DNA of 64,000 bases from Octopus sinensis (lineage: Eukaryota). The stretch spans positions 53,506,001 to 53,570,000 of the forward strand of contig NC_043003.1 of assembly GCF_006345805.1 (NCBI RefSeq), read 5' to 3'. The position numbers were made by a program, and so were the translations under genes. Below, in pieces: positions 48,020 through 62,093 of the stretch (positions within the stretch are counted from its first letter, which is position 1; every line of letters begins with the position of its first letter). The notes under the pieces were generated by a model. That model was given only the letters and a program-made list of their open reading frames with translations. It did no database searches and had not been told where the DNA came from.

Positions 48020-50105
48020 TATATATCATCATCATCGTTATCATTGTCGTCGTCATTTAACGTCTGTTTTCCATGCTGGCATGGGTTGGACAGTTTGACT
48101 GAGGGCTGGCAAGCCAGAAGACTGCACCAGGCTCCAATCAAATCTGGCAAAGTCTTTACAGCTGGATGCCCTTCCTAACACCAACCACTCCGAGAGTGTA
48201 GTGGATGCTTTTTACGTGCCACTGGCACAAGAACCAGTCAGGTGGTACTGGCATTGACCACACTTGAACATTGCTTTTTACATACCACTAGCATGAGAGC
48301 CGGTCAGGCAGCACTGGCAATGACCACGATCAAATGGTGCTTTTTAAATGCCACCAGCACGGGCATCAACCACGCTTGAATGGTGCTTTTTATGTGCCAC
48401 CAGCACAGGTGCCAATCAGGCAGTATTGTCATCAGTCATGACAATGACTTCACATGACCCAAAAGATCTTTGCAAGCACAGTTGATTGCTCAAGGATTGA
48501 AGGGTACTCTTAAATGGGCCAGTTATGCTGCACTGGCATAGGCCACAGTTATGGTCTCACTTGGCTTGCCAGGTCTTCGCATGCACAGCATATCTCCAAA
48601 GGTCTTGGACACTTGTCATCACCTCCACTACTAACTTGGTCACCTAGATAATGGAAGCTATCTATTACATCTAGCTTGATCCCCTGACAGTTGATGGAAT
48701 CTATTTTCTTTGCATTTTCAGCATTTATTGTACCTATGCACCTTCCACATACAAAAGTTAGTTTCCCTGTTACCATTCCTCTGACATTGCTGCACTTTTT
48801 ATGTGTCCAAAGCTTACACTAGATGCATCTTATGAAGTTTCTACCTACACCTTTTCTACAGAATGAGCAAGGCCATCTACCTGAAGGGATTTGTGATTTG
48901 TCTGCCTTCCTACTTACTATGACTTTGGTTTTCGCGAGGTTATCTCTAAGGCCCTTTGATTCTAGACCTTGTTTCCATACTGGAAACTTCTTCTCTTGCA
49001 CAGGTAGTGATTTGGCTATAAGAACAAGGTCATAGAGGAGCTCCCAGGGGAAGCCTGTCATGAATTCCTTTGTTATTGCCTGGAGGACTATGATGAACAA
49101 GAAGGGGTTGAGCACTGATCCTTGGTGAACCCCTACTTGTACCCTGAATTCTTCATTGTACTCATTGCCCACCCTCACCTTACTAGTAGTGTCCCTGTAC
49201 AAGGCTTGTATGGTTCTTACCAACCACTCGTTTATCGCTAGTTTCCACGCTGACCACCAGATAAGGGATTGGGGAACTCTATCAAAAGCTTTCTCTAAAT
49301 CAACAAAAACCAAGTACAGCTAAGTATTTCTCCTGCAGTTACCTTACCAGAAATATAGCATCAGTGGTGCTTCTCCCTGGCACAAAACCAAACTGCATCT
49401 CACCTAGACTAAGTCTCTCCTAATTAGTTGGACTATGACTCTCTCAATACCTTTCATTACCTGATCTAACAATTTGATACCTCTGTAATTATTCCTATCT
49501 AAGGCATCACCTTTTCCTTTGTAGCAATTGACTATGGTGCTGCTACACCAGTCATTGGGTATGACTCTTTCATGAACCACCTGATTTACAATACGGGCAA
49601 CTAGACCATAATCCACACCACCAGGTATTTTAAGCATCTCAGTGGTGATTCCTGATGGGCCAGGGGCTTTCCCTATCCTCATATCCTTAATTGCTTTATC
49701 TACCTGGGAACTGTCAATTTGCGTAGCTGGTCCCTCAACTGGGACAACATTTGGCAGACTCTCCTCTTCTCATTCATTCTCCACATTCAGCAGTCTTTCA
49801 TAATGGCATCTTCAAACCTCTTTCTTTGCAGACTCATTAAAAGCAAGTGCATCATCATCCATGCAGACACATTTCTTTCCTCTGACATAACAATTTTCTC
49901 TTACACGCTGCCTTGCAATCCGAAATACTTCAGTTCTTTGATGCTGAACATAGGCAAACTTCTTTTCTGTTTCTCCCTTGGCTAGATGTACTTGTCTCCT
50001 AGTTTCCCTTCGGACTGTCTGATACAGTTCCCAGCTGCCCCCACTCTTCCAAGCCTGTTTCTTTGCTCTAATGGCCCTGCTTACAGTATTGTTCCACCAC
50101 TGCAT
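48020..50105 (-). mobile_element. RTE LINE, about 2.1 kb 3' portion with RT remnants, 3' UTR minisatellite and (GAT)n tail
   Basis: GKAPGPSGI...NYRGIKLL, FVDLEKAFDRVP, VGVHQGSVL.PFLF, WPCSFCRKGVG; continuous into the minisatellite at 48200-48430. Confidence 0.92.
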
Positions 50106-50184
50106 TATCCTAGGTCTTGAAGGGACATTGCATCAGTCACAGATTTGGTTGGTAGCACTCAGCAAGCTGTCTACACACACACAC

Positions 50185-50242
<58 letters not shown>

Positions 50243-50719
50243 ATATGCATGTACCATTATCTTGACATCACATGATGGCTGTAAACAAGCATCATCATCA
50301 TCAAGGTGATGTTGTTCATTTCCAGTCTTCCATGAAAAACATGTCTGACCACAAGTAAAGGTTGACAACAGGAAGGGCATCCAGCTGTAGAAAAAGCACC
50401 TGCCACATCAAACTCCATCTGACTCATGCAAGTATGGGAAAGTGGATGTTAAATGATGATAATAATGTTAAAACCTAATCTAACTGCAAATAAGACAGCA
50501 GTTATTTAAATTTTAGTTTTCCTTGGCCTGGAAATGAAAATTAACCTTCACTATATTTGATATGTGAATATAAAAGTACAAACAAATCAATACTTCCTAG
50601 TAAGTTCAAAAGACATTTTAAAACTCCTATTCTCAGGACTAAGATTCAAATCGTTTTAATATATTGTGAGAACAACAAATGAAACAGGTATAAATTTTAA
50701 AATGTATAAATAGCAGTTT

Positions 50720-51179
50720 CTAAAAAATGCTGAGATGGTTTCTTCTGAAATATCTGATATGGTTGCACAAAAGGAAGGGGAAAAAATGAAGTTTTTTACT
50801 TTGGTGCAATCAATTACTTTGCCAGCATGCAGAAAGCTTCTTAACTAAGAGATCGAGCAAAGAACAAGAAATAATTTCTCTCTCAAATAGTGCAATTCAT
50901 TGGCAGATGTAAGAAGTGTCTGCTGATAGCATAGAAAATGTATACTATGAATATGCTTCAATATTTAAATTTTACTTTACATGCTGATGATGAATCAACA
51001 GACATCACCAACAGAGAACAGCTTTTGGCAGTCATTCATTTCATTGATAAAAATCAATTACTAAATCAGATTTTATTATTCCAAAGTATAAATGCCAGGT
51101 ACTAGAAAAGATGAAGACTTTTTGCATAGTTGAAAATGGGAACTATTATGCAAGTCATGTGTTGGCTATTTCTATTGAT

Positions 51180-51228
<49 letters not shown>

Positions 51229-52460
51229 TCCCTCTCTCTCTCCCTCCTCTCTCTCTCTCTCTCTCCCTCTCTCTCTCTCCTTCCCTCTCTCTCTCCCTCC
51301 CTCTCTCTCTCTCTCTCTGATAAGCTCTATGAAAAGGCTTACAATACTTGGAAAAAAAAAGAAGCAAAATTCAGAGGTTATCACCACTCATTGCTTTCTA
51401 TATAAAGAAAATTGATTGCAAAAACATTCATAGTTGAATTAAAACAAGTTAAATCAAATTGTCAAAATGGACAATTCTATTAAAAGCAGACCATTAAAAA
51501 CCTGTTTGACAAAATTTGAATGGATATGGATATATAGCATAGATGCTTACATTTACACACGGATGCAAAATGGCTGCTAAGGAAGAAGGTGCTCTACTAT
51601 GTACGTGAAGTCCAAACAGAGCTTTTTGCATTTTTCTATTCAATTCTCAACCAGGGAGACAAAATACATTTCATAGATGCAAACATGGCTGTGTGGTTAA
51701 GAAGCCTTCTTTGCAATCACATGATTTGGGGTTCAGTCCCACGGTGTAGAACCCTAGTCAAGTGTATTTTACAATAACCCCCTGTCCAACCTATGCCTTT
51801 TGAGTGAATTTAATAGACATAAACTATGTGGAAGGTCATTATATGTGTGTTTGAGTGTTTTTCTGTTTGTCCTCACCACCTACATACCACTCGATAACTA
51901 GTGTTGGTTTGTTGACATCACCATAACTTAGCAGTTTGGTAACAGAGTTAACAGAATAAGTAAGTACCAGACTTAAAAAAATAAATCAATATTGGGATCA
52001 ATTATTTGGACTAAACCCTTCAAGGCAATGCCCCAGCATGGCCACAGTCCAATGACTGAAACAAGTAAAATATAAAAGATAAGTAAATGAAAAACACTTT
52101 TGTAAATATCTTCCATGCAAATTTCTAACCTAAAATATTTTACAATTTTTTTAGCACGTTAATAATTTGAGCAGAAATATGCAAAATAAAAATGAAAATA
52201 TTCTCAAATCTACAGATACCATTTCAAAAACAAAAAAGTTATTTAGAAAAGAAAAGATGGTAATTTTGAAAAGGCTTTCTTTATTAAATAAAACTCATTT
52301 AAAGGATATTGACCCTATCATACTTGAGTATTTGACAACTCTAGAAAAACTGTTGAATTTTTACTTTCCTTTGATGAACATAGCATAAAATGATTGAATG
52401 AAAAACCCTGTCATAGAAATTCCAAATGATCTTGGTTAGAAATTTATCTGAAGAATTGAC
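50720..52460 (+). mobile_element. Highly degenerate hAT (Buster/Charlie-like) transposase remnant, interrupted by (CT)n and a family A SINE (about 51684-52080)
   Basis: ITLPAC, DESTDITNREQLL, LEKLLNFYFP...WMKNP resemble Buster LILPAC / LDESTD...QL / YFP...WIRNPF. Confidence 0.5.
51181..51317. repeat. (CT)n microsatellite
   Basis: Seen directly in the sequence. Confidence 0.95.
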
Positions 52461-52961
52461 TTCAGTATCTTTTCATAGCAAACGAAAAAATTAAATATAA
52501 AGAACTGTCTCTCAAAAAGCCTTGTAGTTTGGTTTGGTAGATGGAAACTGAAAGAAACCCATTGTAAAGTGGTTGACATTAGGAAGGGCATCCAGCTGTA
52601 GAAATCATACTAAAACGGTCAGTGGAACCTGGTGCAGCACTGGGCCTTGCTAGCTCCTGTCAAACAGTCCAACCCATGCTAGCATGAAAAAGAGATGTTA
52701 AATGAAGATGACAGTGATGATGATGAGGAAAATGATGATAGTGTGTGTGTGTGTGTGTGTGTGTGCATGCGTGCGTGTGTGTGTACATATGTATGAATGT
52801 ATATACACATATATGTAAGTATGTGTACACATGTATCTATGTTTGCACTTATGCTTCTCCAAAAACCACAAGGCTGAAACAATGATGCAATTCTCATGTT
52901 TTCCTGTCAACAAATTATCCACTGGCTTTGCAACTTTGAATATGCATGAAATAAGGGGTGC

Positions 52962-53378
52962 CTTAAGTTAAGTTAAGTTAATTTTTTGGCTCAAAAAGCA
53001 CAAAGCAAGGCCATGTAGGGGGACATGGAGTTATGTACAGGGTGGTGTTCATGCAAAGAGTTCAGGCCATTTCTGGTCAAGAGAGACTTTAAACCGAGCG
53101 GTCATCGGCATCTTCACTATCTCGTCTGGCAGCTTATTCCACGGATCCGCAACCCAGACGGAGAAAGTCCCTCACTTTCAATTGAGATGAAATCGTCGCA
53201 GATAGAGCTTTTCGGAGTGACCCCGCAGCCGACGCTCTGGAGCAGGAGTGAAGAACAGCTCTTTCGGGAGGTTACACTTTCCGCTTATGATGTTGTGAGC
53301 AAGAATGAGATCACCACAGCGGTGGCGTTTTTCTAGAGAATAAAGGTCGAGCATCTTCAGCCTTTCTTCATAAGACAA
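52962..53378 (-). mobile_element. CR1-like LINE 3' end with (TTAAC)n tail
   Basis: YEERLKMLDLYSLEKRHRCGDLI...RLRGHSEKL C-terminal motif; tail CTTAACTTAACTTAA. Confidence 0.85.
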
Positions 53379-56300
53379 ATGCTTGAGACCAAGTTGGGAA
53401 TCAAGTGAGGGTTAACAGCAGGAAGGGTATCTAGCCACAAAACAATGCTAGTAGAGAAAACAGACATAAAAACAAATGAACAAATGAGTAAATGCTACAT
53501 ATTATGTACCAAGAGAAACATTGATTTCTAACACATTATAGGCATGAAGCCACCAATTTGGGAGGATAAATTAGTCAATTAAATTAACTCCAGGACTTGA
53601 CTGGTATTTTAATTTATCAAGCTCAGGAAAGATGAAAGAAATGTTTATGTTGGCAGGATTTACACTTAGATCATAAAGAACTAAAACAAATACAGCAAAG
53701 TATCTTGTCTGATGCTCTAACAAATCTGCATATCCACAGTCCTACTAAGAGCAACATTAGGAAGAAAAATGTTATATCTGTCAAAGACTATGTATCTCAA
53801 CACGTCTTGTCTCCAGCTGAGATGGGAATTTAAAAAATAATTGAAGTTTTCAAATACCATAAATAAATCTATCAATTGCAGGAAAGAAAAGTGAAGGTCT
53901 CCATTTATCTGTCAAATAGACAGGACAAAGGAAAATGTGGTGCCTGCCTCTCTTTCTCTCTCTTTCTAATTATGTATGTGTGTGTAATAATTTTGTATAT
54001 GTATGCACCCTCACACTAATGAAATAAAAAATGGAAAATATATCTATTAGAATCTAGTTAAAGCAATTTAATATTTCCTTCCCTCGCAATTGATAGCTTT
54101 TATATGATTAACATGAGCAATAAAATTTAGCGTTTACTGGCCAAAATCAAATTTAAAAAATAGCATTAGTAGATAATCAATATTGTGTATAATGCCAAAG
54201 AAGTTCGTATTAGTATCTTTATGAACACTGCCTAATTCTTGTATTAAGTAAACATTTTACATTGGAACTTCATCGAAAATTAATACATTCAGCTGATTAA
54301 CAATACATGTAAAAGTGGTGTCACTTGTTATGAGTAGATGCAATTACAAATGACCTCACTCTATAGTAATCAGATTATTACAGCTTTATAACAATGGAAA
54401 GCTTTAGCATAATAACGTAAGCATTCGTTTAGCAGTTGTACACAAGGGGAAAGGAGAGAAGGAAAGAGTAAGTTAGAGAGTATCAATAGAGATGAACTCT
54501 CAAAGTAGATTCAATCTTGTTTGTTCAGCGATAACTACAGCCAGCCAAACCTATCTAGCTGGAAGTGACAACAACAACTACTGCTGCTGCTGTTAACACT
54601 TCCACAATTGCTATTATCATCATAATTTTACCCACTATCTTTATTACTATTTATTCACATTGTTGACTAATGTTACCAGGACAGAGGACAGAAACTCATG
54701 TTTCTAAATAAAAATCCGATCAATTGTCGTATGTCCAGGGTGAAGATTACAACACTTGTGTGCAGGTCTTAAATATACTGATTGCAATTACTATTAAGAG
54801 AAAACCTTATGTGCAAAAGAGAAATAAGGAAAATTGTATTCAGAAATAGTTTAGACATAGTCTGCTGGATATTGAAAAAGCTAGTTTTCAGTGAATGATT
54901 CATAATAGCTGTTCATCCCATAAACAGCTTGCTTGATTTAGCAGATAAATTTTGTAATCTTGGCAACATAATTAATATTAGATATAGAGATAGTAATGGC
55001 ACAGTGGTCTGAATTCAGGCAAGAGAGAAAAATCTAGAGTATTGTTGTTTTTATTTGAGAAAAAGTAGTTTCTCTTATTGTATGAAACAGCCAAGTGAGA
55101 TATACATAAATCATGTAATAATGTACAGTAGTAAAAAAAAAAAATGGATAATAAATGTAGAGGATTATCAGGGAAGAAAAAGTGAAGATAGATTATTCAG
55201 AAAACAATTGCACTTTAAAAGTTGATGCCGAAGAGATGATGACTTCACTTATTTTGAAATTTAATGTGAATTCTTAATGCTTGCTCAGTGAAAATTGCTT
55301 CATGTTAATGGTAAAAGTTCTCTGAGATAAGAGTGTAACCTACGTTTGGAGAAAGTAGTTAGTTCTGACCTGAAGCCCAGGTCACACATATAAGGTGATG
55401 ACAGACGAAGAGACACTGAATTGTTGACTTTTCCAACTCATGCTACTATGGGAATGTTTGGAATTCAATGATACTATAATTAACATGTCATGCTGCATGG
55501 ATCAGTCATATATTGTAATCATTATCATCATCTTAACATCCATTTATCATGCTTGCATCAGTTGGGTGGAATTCTATAAGATAGATTTTTCTATGGTTGG
55601 ATAACCTTCCTGCTGCCAACCCTCACCCTCTTCCAAGTAAAATAAGGTTTCTTCAAGGCTAGACATATTTGTCAGGAATATTGGAAACAAAGGACACCAT
55701 TTGCATGGCAGTAACTTGTTTGCAACTACCATGCAAGGTAGATAGAGACAAGGAGACAGTAACAGCCACATATATACATATACAATGGGCTTTTTTCAGT
55801 TTCTATCAATCAAAACCATTCACATGGCTTTGGTCATTCGAGATTACAGCAGAAGGTGCCATGCAGTGGGTTTGAACCTGGAACCAAATGAGTGGGAAGC
55901 TTTTTAATCACACACTCATATCTGCACTCTTATGTACATCATCATTTTACATTCATCATCCATACTAGAATAGCCTGGAAAAATCAGCATGGTCCAAATC
56001 ATTTTTTATCTGGCATTATTGTTTTCTTAGCTAGATCAGAAGTCTACATTTATTGCAAGGTTTTTTACATCCAGAAACCTTTCCTACCACCAACCAATAA
56101 AAAGGATATTTTAGGTGCATCTTATCATGACACCAGCTCTAGAGAGGTTACATTGTCCTCAAGAACACTAAGCAGTCCACCCAGCCAGTGTCGTCTCCAC
56201 TCATTCACCCACCACTTAATAGCGTGTACAAGGTGTATTTTATCATAGCACCAGTGGTAGTGAAGTTATCTTGTACTCCATAGGATTAAAGAGTCTTCAC

Positions 56301-56509
56301 TACTCTCTCACATGTTGAGTGCTTTCTCCAGACAAAATGACCAAGAAGATGAAAGAGAGCAAGGAGAGAAGTGCCGAGATGTGTTGGTGATGTGAGCAAG
56401 AGCATGGTGATAGAAACAGAGTGACTGAGGTAAGAAAGCAGTGGTGGAGGAAGAGAGAATGATACATTGTAATAGAGATGAACAAAGGTAAGAGTGAGTG
56501 TTGTATGTC

Positions 56510-57170
56510 AATATATGCATGCCAGTGTTGCATGACTGGCCCATTTAAAAGTACCCTTGAAGCATCGGGCAATATGATGTACTTGAGAAGACCTGTTGAG
56601 TCAAGTAAAATCTAAATCAAAGTCATGGCCAGTGCCACCTGACTGGCACCTGTGCTGGTGACACATAATAAGCACCATTCGAGCATGGGTCAATGCCAGT
56701 GCTGCCTGACTGGATCCCCGTGCTGGTGGCATGTAAGAAGCACCATGCAAATGTGGTCGATGCCAGTGCCCTCTGACTGGTTCCCATGCCGGTGGCATCT
56801 AAAAGCACCATCTGAACATGATTGATGCCAGTGACCCCTGATTGGCTCCCATGCTGGTGGCATGTAAAAAGCGCCATCCGAACATAGTTGATGCCAGTGT
56901 CCCCAGGCTGGTTTCTGTGCTGGAGGCATGTAAAATGCACCATCCAAACGTAGTCAATGCCAGTGACCCCTGACTTGCTCCCGTACCGATGACATGTAAA
57001 AAGCTTCCACTACACTCTAAGAGTGGTTGGTGTTAAGAAGGGCATCCAGCTGTAGAAACATTACATCAGATTGGAGCCTGGTGCAGCCCACTGGCTTGCC
57101 AGACCTCAGTCAAACCATCCAACTCATGCCAGCATGGAAAGCAGATGTTAAACAATGATGATGATGATGA
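56510..57170 (+). mobile_element. RTE LINE 3' end with about 6 minisatellite units
   Basis: UTR, GTGGCATGTAAAAAGCACCAT repeats, GATGTTAAACAATGATGATG tail. Confidence 0.8.
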
Positions 57171-57769
57171 TATAAAGTGACAAATTGGCAGAATCATTAG
57201 CACACCAGGTAAAATACTTAGTGACATTTCATCTGCCTTTATGTTCTGAGTTCAAATTCTCCTGAGGTTGACATTGAACTTCATCCTTTCAGGGCTGACA
57301 AAATAAGTACCAGTTGAACACTGAGGTTGATAAATTGACTTAACTCCACCCCCAAACTTGTGGGCTTTGTACCAAAATTTGATACCAATATATGTGTATG
57401 TATATAAATGTATATGTATATGTGTATCTGTGTTTATGAGTTCGACACAAACATCACCAATTAACAAAAATAAAGGGTGCCGTGTCAAAAACTGAAAATT
57501 AGCATGTTGCTAAATAATATAAATACCAAAATAATCATTAGTGTTAAATGATCAACTAAATCCCTTTCGAGTATTGCCCTAGACTGGCCACAGTCTAATG
57601 ACTGAAACTAGTACAAGAATGAATAATAATGATAATAATTATTATGCTTAAGATTAGGATGTTGATAATTATGCTGATGGAAGCTCTGTGCCTTAACGAT
57701 AATTCCCAATTGTAACAACTTCATAAGTTTGTACCAACGCTGTCGGGGAAGATATATATATATATATAT

Positions 57770-58060
57770 ATCATCATCATCGTTTAACGTCCGCTTTCCA
57801 TGCTAGCATGGGTTGGACGATTTGACTGAGGTCTGGCAAACTAGATGGCTGCACCAGACTCCAATCTGATCTGGCAGAGTTTCTCCAGCTGGATGCCCTT
57901 TTTAACGCCAACCACTCCGAGAGTGTAGTGGGTACTTTTATGTGCCACCAGCACAAGGGCCAGTCAGGCGGTACTGGCAGCGGCCACGCTCAAATGGTGC
58001 TTTTTATGTGCCACCTGCACAGGAGCCAGTCCAGCGGCACTAGCAACGACCTCGCCCGAA
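57770..58060 (-). mobile_element. RTE LINE 3' end
   Basis: Near-identical to 5799-6090. Confidence 0.85.
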
Positions 58061-58329
58061 TATCACCATCATCATCATTTAAAGTCCACCAGAAGCAACA
58101 GAGTGACTCAAGAGCTGAAAATGTCATGCACTGGCACTTGAATCTCTCGGCCCCTGAGTCACTCTCTTGCTTCAGCTAAATATTTAGAAAAATATACACA
58201 TACTCATATTTTGAGTTGTATTTTTCTTGTTTGCACCACCATACACACATACACACAATAAAAAAAAAGAATTTTTAATAAATTATAAAGCATTTCTTCC
58301 CACCCACAAATACTTCATGCAGTAAGATT

Positions 58330-58615
58330 GTGGTGGCGGTGGAGATGGTTGTGGTGGTGGTGGTGGTGGTTGCGGCGGCGGTGCTGGTGGAGGTAGTAGT
58401 GGTGGAGGTAGTGGCGGTGCTATAGTTGGCGGCAGTGGCAGTGGTAGTGGTGGTGGTGGTAGCTGTGATGTAGTGAAGATGATGATTACAGTACTGGTGG
58501 TGATCCTTGTTGTAATGGTGGTCATGGTGGTGGTGGTGGTGGTGGTGCTGATTGTGATTACATTCAAGATGACGATGATGATAAGGGCAGCAGAAGCAGC
58601 AGCAGCAGCAGTAAT
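58330..58615. repeat. Compound (GGT)n/(GGC)n/(GCA)n microsatellite
   Basis: Seen directly in the sequence. Confidence 0.9.
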
Positions 58616-59152
58616 AGTAGAAAGTCGAAAACTAATAGCAACAACTTCAGGTCAGATTTCAGAAAAGTAAATAATGACAAATTATCACATTAGCTGTAAA
58701 ACAAAACCAAGCAAGAGTAATATTTCAGAAAATATAATAGCACATGCTAATAACATAATGGATTGAGCCGGTATGAGTGCATGCCATATATTGTAAAAAT
58801 GCACTGGCTTCTAATATTTATACACAAATCATTGCAATGTGGACTTCCCATTCTAAAATATGACTTGTAAGTAGGACACTGCCAAATATGGGTTTTAGTC
58901 AACATTATCAGCCCCAATGATTTGTCTAGTATTTATTTACAATTCTTTTGCTTGTTCCAGTCATTTGGCTGCAGCCATGCTGGAGCACCACCTTAAGGGG
59001 TTTTAGTCAAAGAAATCAACTTCAGGACTTATTCTTTGTGATCCTACTACTTATTCTATTGGTCTCTTTTGCCAAACCACTAAGTTACAAGGACATAAAC
59101 ACACCAGCATCACTTGTCAAGCAATGACAGGAGGACAGACACACACACACAG

Positions 59153-59184
<32 letters not shown>

Positions 59185-59192
<8 letters not shown>

Positions 59193-59514
59193 CTTTCAAG
59201 CAAAAATAATGTGTATTTTTAATGTATATTATTTAGTACAGAAATTTTTACCACGATATTAATAATAAAGTCGTTTTAATGTGTAGAAAATTTTAGTACA
59301 ATGTTAATAATAATATATTTAAATTAATATAATATTATTATATAAATTATATATATATATAAAATCTTTCAAGCAAAAATAATGTGTATTTTTAATGTAT
59401 ATTATTTAGTATAGAAATTTTTAGCACGATATTAATAATAAAGTTGTTTTAATGTGTAGAAAATTTTAGTACAATGTTAATAATAATATATTTAAATTAA
59501 TATAATATTATTAT

Positions 59515-59572
<58 letters not shown>

Positions 59573-59745
59573 CTTTCAAGCAAAAATAATGTGTATTTTT
59601 AATGTATATTATTTAGTATAGAAATTTTTAGCACGATATTAATAATAAAGTCGTTTTAATGCGTAGAAAATTTTAGTACAATGTTAATAATAATATATTT
59701 AAATTTATATAATATTATTATATAAATTTATTATATAATATATCT
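59185..59745. repeat. AT-rich tandem repeat, three near-identical ~173-bp units separated by variable (TA)n
   Basis: ATCTTTCAAGCAAAAATAATG starts at 59191, 59364 and 59571. Confidence 0.95.
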
Positions 59746-59863
59746 TTCAGTATTAATTTAATTACTGTATAGAGATTCTATCTTTTAAAAATGTAACCAC
59801 ATGTGTATTGTAGGTGATTTCTTTTCCTCCGTCTTCCCTTCCTTGGAGCTTTTGTTTTTCTAT

Positions 59864-59898
59864 GTTTCTGATGAAGAGCTCTGCTCAAAACGTTGAAT
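59864..59898 (+). ncRNA. Hammerhead-ribozyme-like motif, probably inactive (G12A)
   Basis: GUUU CUGAUGA A GAGC UCU GCUC AAA ACGUU GAAU; the core GAAA reads AAAA. Confidence 0.55.
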
Positions 59899-59996
59899 CC
59901 TCCTTCTTTGTTTCCTTTCCTGAGCATCCAATAACACTATACTTGTTCCAGGTCCTCACGTTGTTGTGTTTTCTCTTTGTGTTTTCATGTTTGGAT

Positions 59997-60056
<60 letters not shown>

Positions 60057-62030
60057 AGTTTCTTTCAGTTTCCACCTGCCATATCCTCTCACAAGGCTTT
60101 GGTCAGCCTGGAGCTATAGTAGAAGACACTTGCATGAGTGGTGTGACTGAACCTGGAACCATGTAGTTGGGAAGCAAGCTTCATACCACACAGCCATACC
60201 TAAGTCTATAAACTTAGAATTTGGCAACTAACTGCCACATGTACTACCAGTGGTTCATTGCAAACTTCACACAACCACCTTATGCACTATCAGTGGTACA
60301 TTTTCATAATTTGAGAAAATATTTTATTCTGTGTGTTTGACATGGTTTTGAGGATAGTTAAAAAACAGAAGTGCTAAATATTAAAGTTTAATTATGAAAT
60401 ATTGTTAAAAAGCAAAAAAAAAACATTTCGTTGTAATAAAATAGTATGCAGTGTGAACGGAAATATGTGGTGTCTCTGGTAAGTTCCAGTAACATGCCGT
60501 AGCAGTTAACATATTAAATACTTGTCCAGACCATGTCAGAATGGAAAACAGATGTTAAACAATGGTGGTGATGACAAAAATGATGACAGACCTTAGAAGA
60601 ACAAAGGGAGTTTGAACTGAGAAAATTAAGTATCCAATTACCTACCGTAGGATATTTTGCCCAATTACCCACTGATTCTGACATCCACTTACATGTATGT
60701 GTTCACACTCACACACACATACATATATATATATATATACATACATACATATAAATAAGAAGATGAAAAATGAAGTTAGTACAACTTTAATATCTGTTAC
60801 AATTGCTTCTGTACCAATCTGTTTTTAACCATATAGCAATGCAAATGATTCAGTGCAATAAAATACACAATATGTGCAGTTGAATATACTGGATTGGCAC
60901 TTTATAAGACTAGCATTAAAACAGGTTTTTTTGCATGGTGTGCTGAATATACAAAGGTGGCATTGCTTACATAGGCAGAAAACAGGACAATAAGTATAAA
61001 CTTAGATAAACTTGTACAATAATATTAATGAAAAGTGATAAATTCCACTGAGATAGACTTTGCCTTTCAATGATGATAATACTAATTCCTTCTGCTGTAG
61101 GCTCAAGGCCTGAAATTTAAAGGAGGGAGCAAATCAATTACATCGACCACAGTACTCAATCAGTACTTATTTTATTAACTCCAAAAGCAGGGAAGGTAAA
61201 GTTGGCCTCAGTCGAGTGTGAACTCAGAATGTAAAGATAGAAGAAATGCCGCTAAGCATTTTGTCCAGTGCAGCAATGATTCTGCAAGTTTCCCACCTAA
61301 ATATTAATAATCCTTTCTACTATAGGCACAAAGCCTGAAATTTGGGGGAGGGGACTAGTTGATTACATTAACCCTAGTGTTTCACTGGTACTTAATTCAT
61401 CGATCCCAAAAGGATGAAAGGCAAAGTCGACCTTGACGGAATTTGAACTCAGAAGTTAGTGGCAGACAAAATACTGCTAGGCATTTTGCCAGGCATGCTA
61501 AAGATTCTGCCAGCTCACCACCTTCTTATTTCTTTACTGCCCACAAGGTGCTACACACAGAGGAGACAAACAAGGACAGACAAACGAATTAAGTCGATTA
61601 CATCAACTTTTCCATACTGGGCAGAACTTTGTAAGGGAATGTCTTTCTTGAAACCAACCCTTTTAGCCACCTCATGCAAACAAAGGAATATGATGTACAA
61701 TTTTAAAACTGGGATACATACAGATTTATATATTTGTATATATATGCTCATACATACTCAAATGATAAACATTCACACAGTTTCTGTCAAATTTCATTCA
61801 CATGGCTTGAGTCAACTATGGTTGACAGAAGAGACTTACTGCAAGGTGCTAAACACAAGAATTGAAACTGAAATATGATGGTTATAAATCAAACTGTTAA
61901 CCACAAAGCCATTCCTGACCCTATTAAAACTATAAGATAGCAACCTTGATATTATGGGATAACTAGACATTATTTCAGACACTAAAAAAATTATTGTCAG
62001 AAATTATTAGAAATAAAACTGAATACTTAC

Positions 62031-62093
62031 TTCTTTTTTAGGAAATTTCGGGCAGGAATTCTTATATTTAGAAGCTTTAAATCTCCAGGCCAT
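62031..62093 (-). CDS. CORO7: CORO7 coding exon 1 (MAWRFKASKYKNSCPKFPKKE)
   Basis: ATG in AAAATGG context with an in-frame TAA 18 nt upstream; donor GTAAGT; N-terminus resembles pod1 MAWRFKASKYKN; phase 0 end. Confidence 0.93.

Larger units (their letters stand above)
2302..62093 (-). other. CORO7: Coronin-7 (POD1-type tandem coronin) gene, coding span within the window; 16 coding exons, 3' part missing off the left edge
   Basis: The hand-spliced exons give one open frame: MAWRFKASKYKN...DFDFSPFDDNLLITGSHDCTVKLW...KDKLIRTLDPR...YIVPRKSYREYHADIFP...KFKHL...PGESD...VTDFVWDPFNDQRL. This is two coronin propeller starts in tandem, as in CORO7/pod1. All introns are GT-AG with matching phases. Confidence 0.95.

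Noticed and set aside
53900-55480. Repeat-poor stretches of intron 1 (also 18560-19100 and 36300-36900) as hidden exons or TE ORFs
   Set aside because: No convincing ORF, splice pair or recognisable motif by eye; needs BLAST or conservation data, so nothing is claimed
58283-58567. Poly-Thr/poly-Pro ORF suggesting a formin- or extensin-like protein
   Set aside because: Translation of a trinucleotide microsatellite; no splice or domain support
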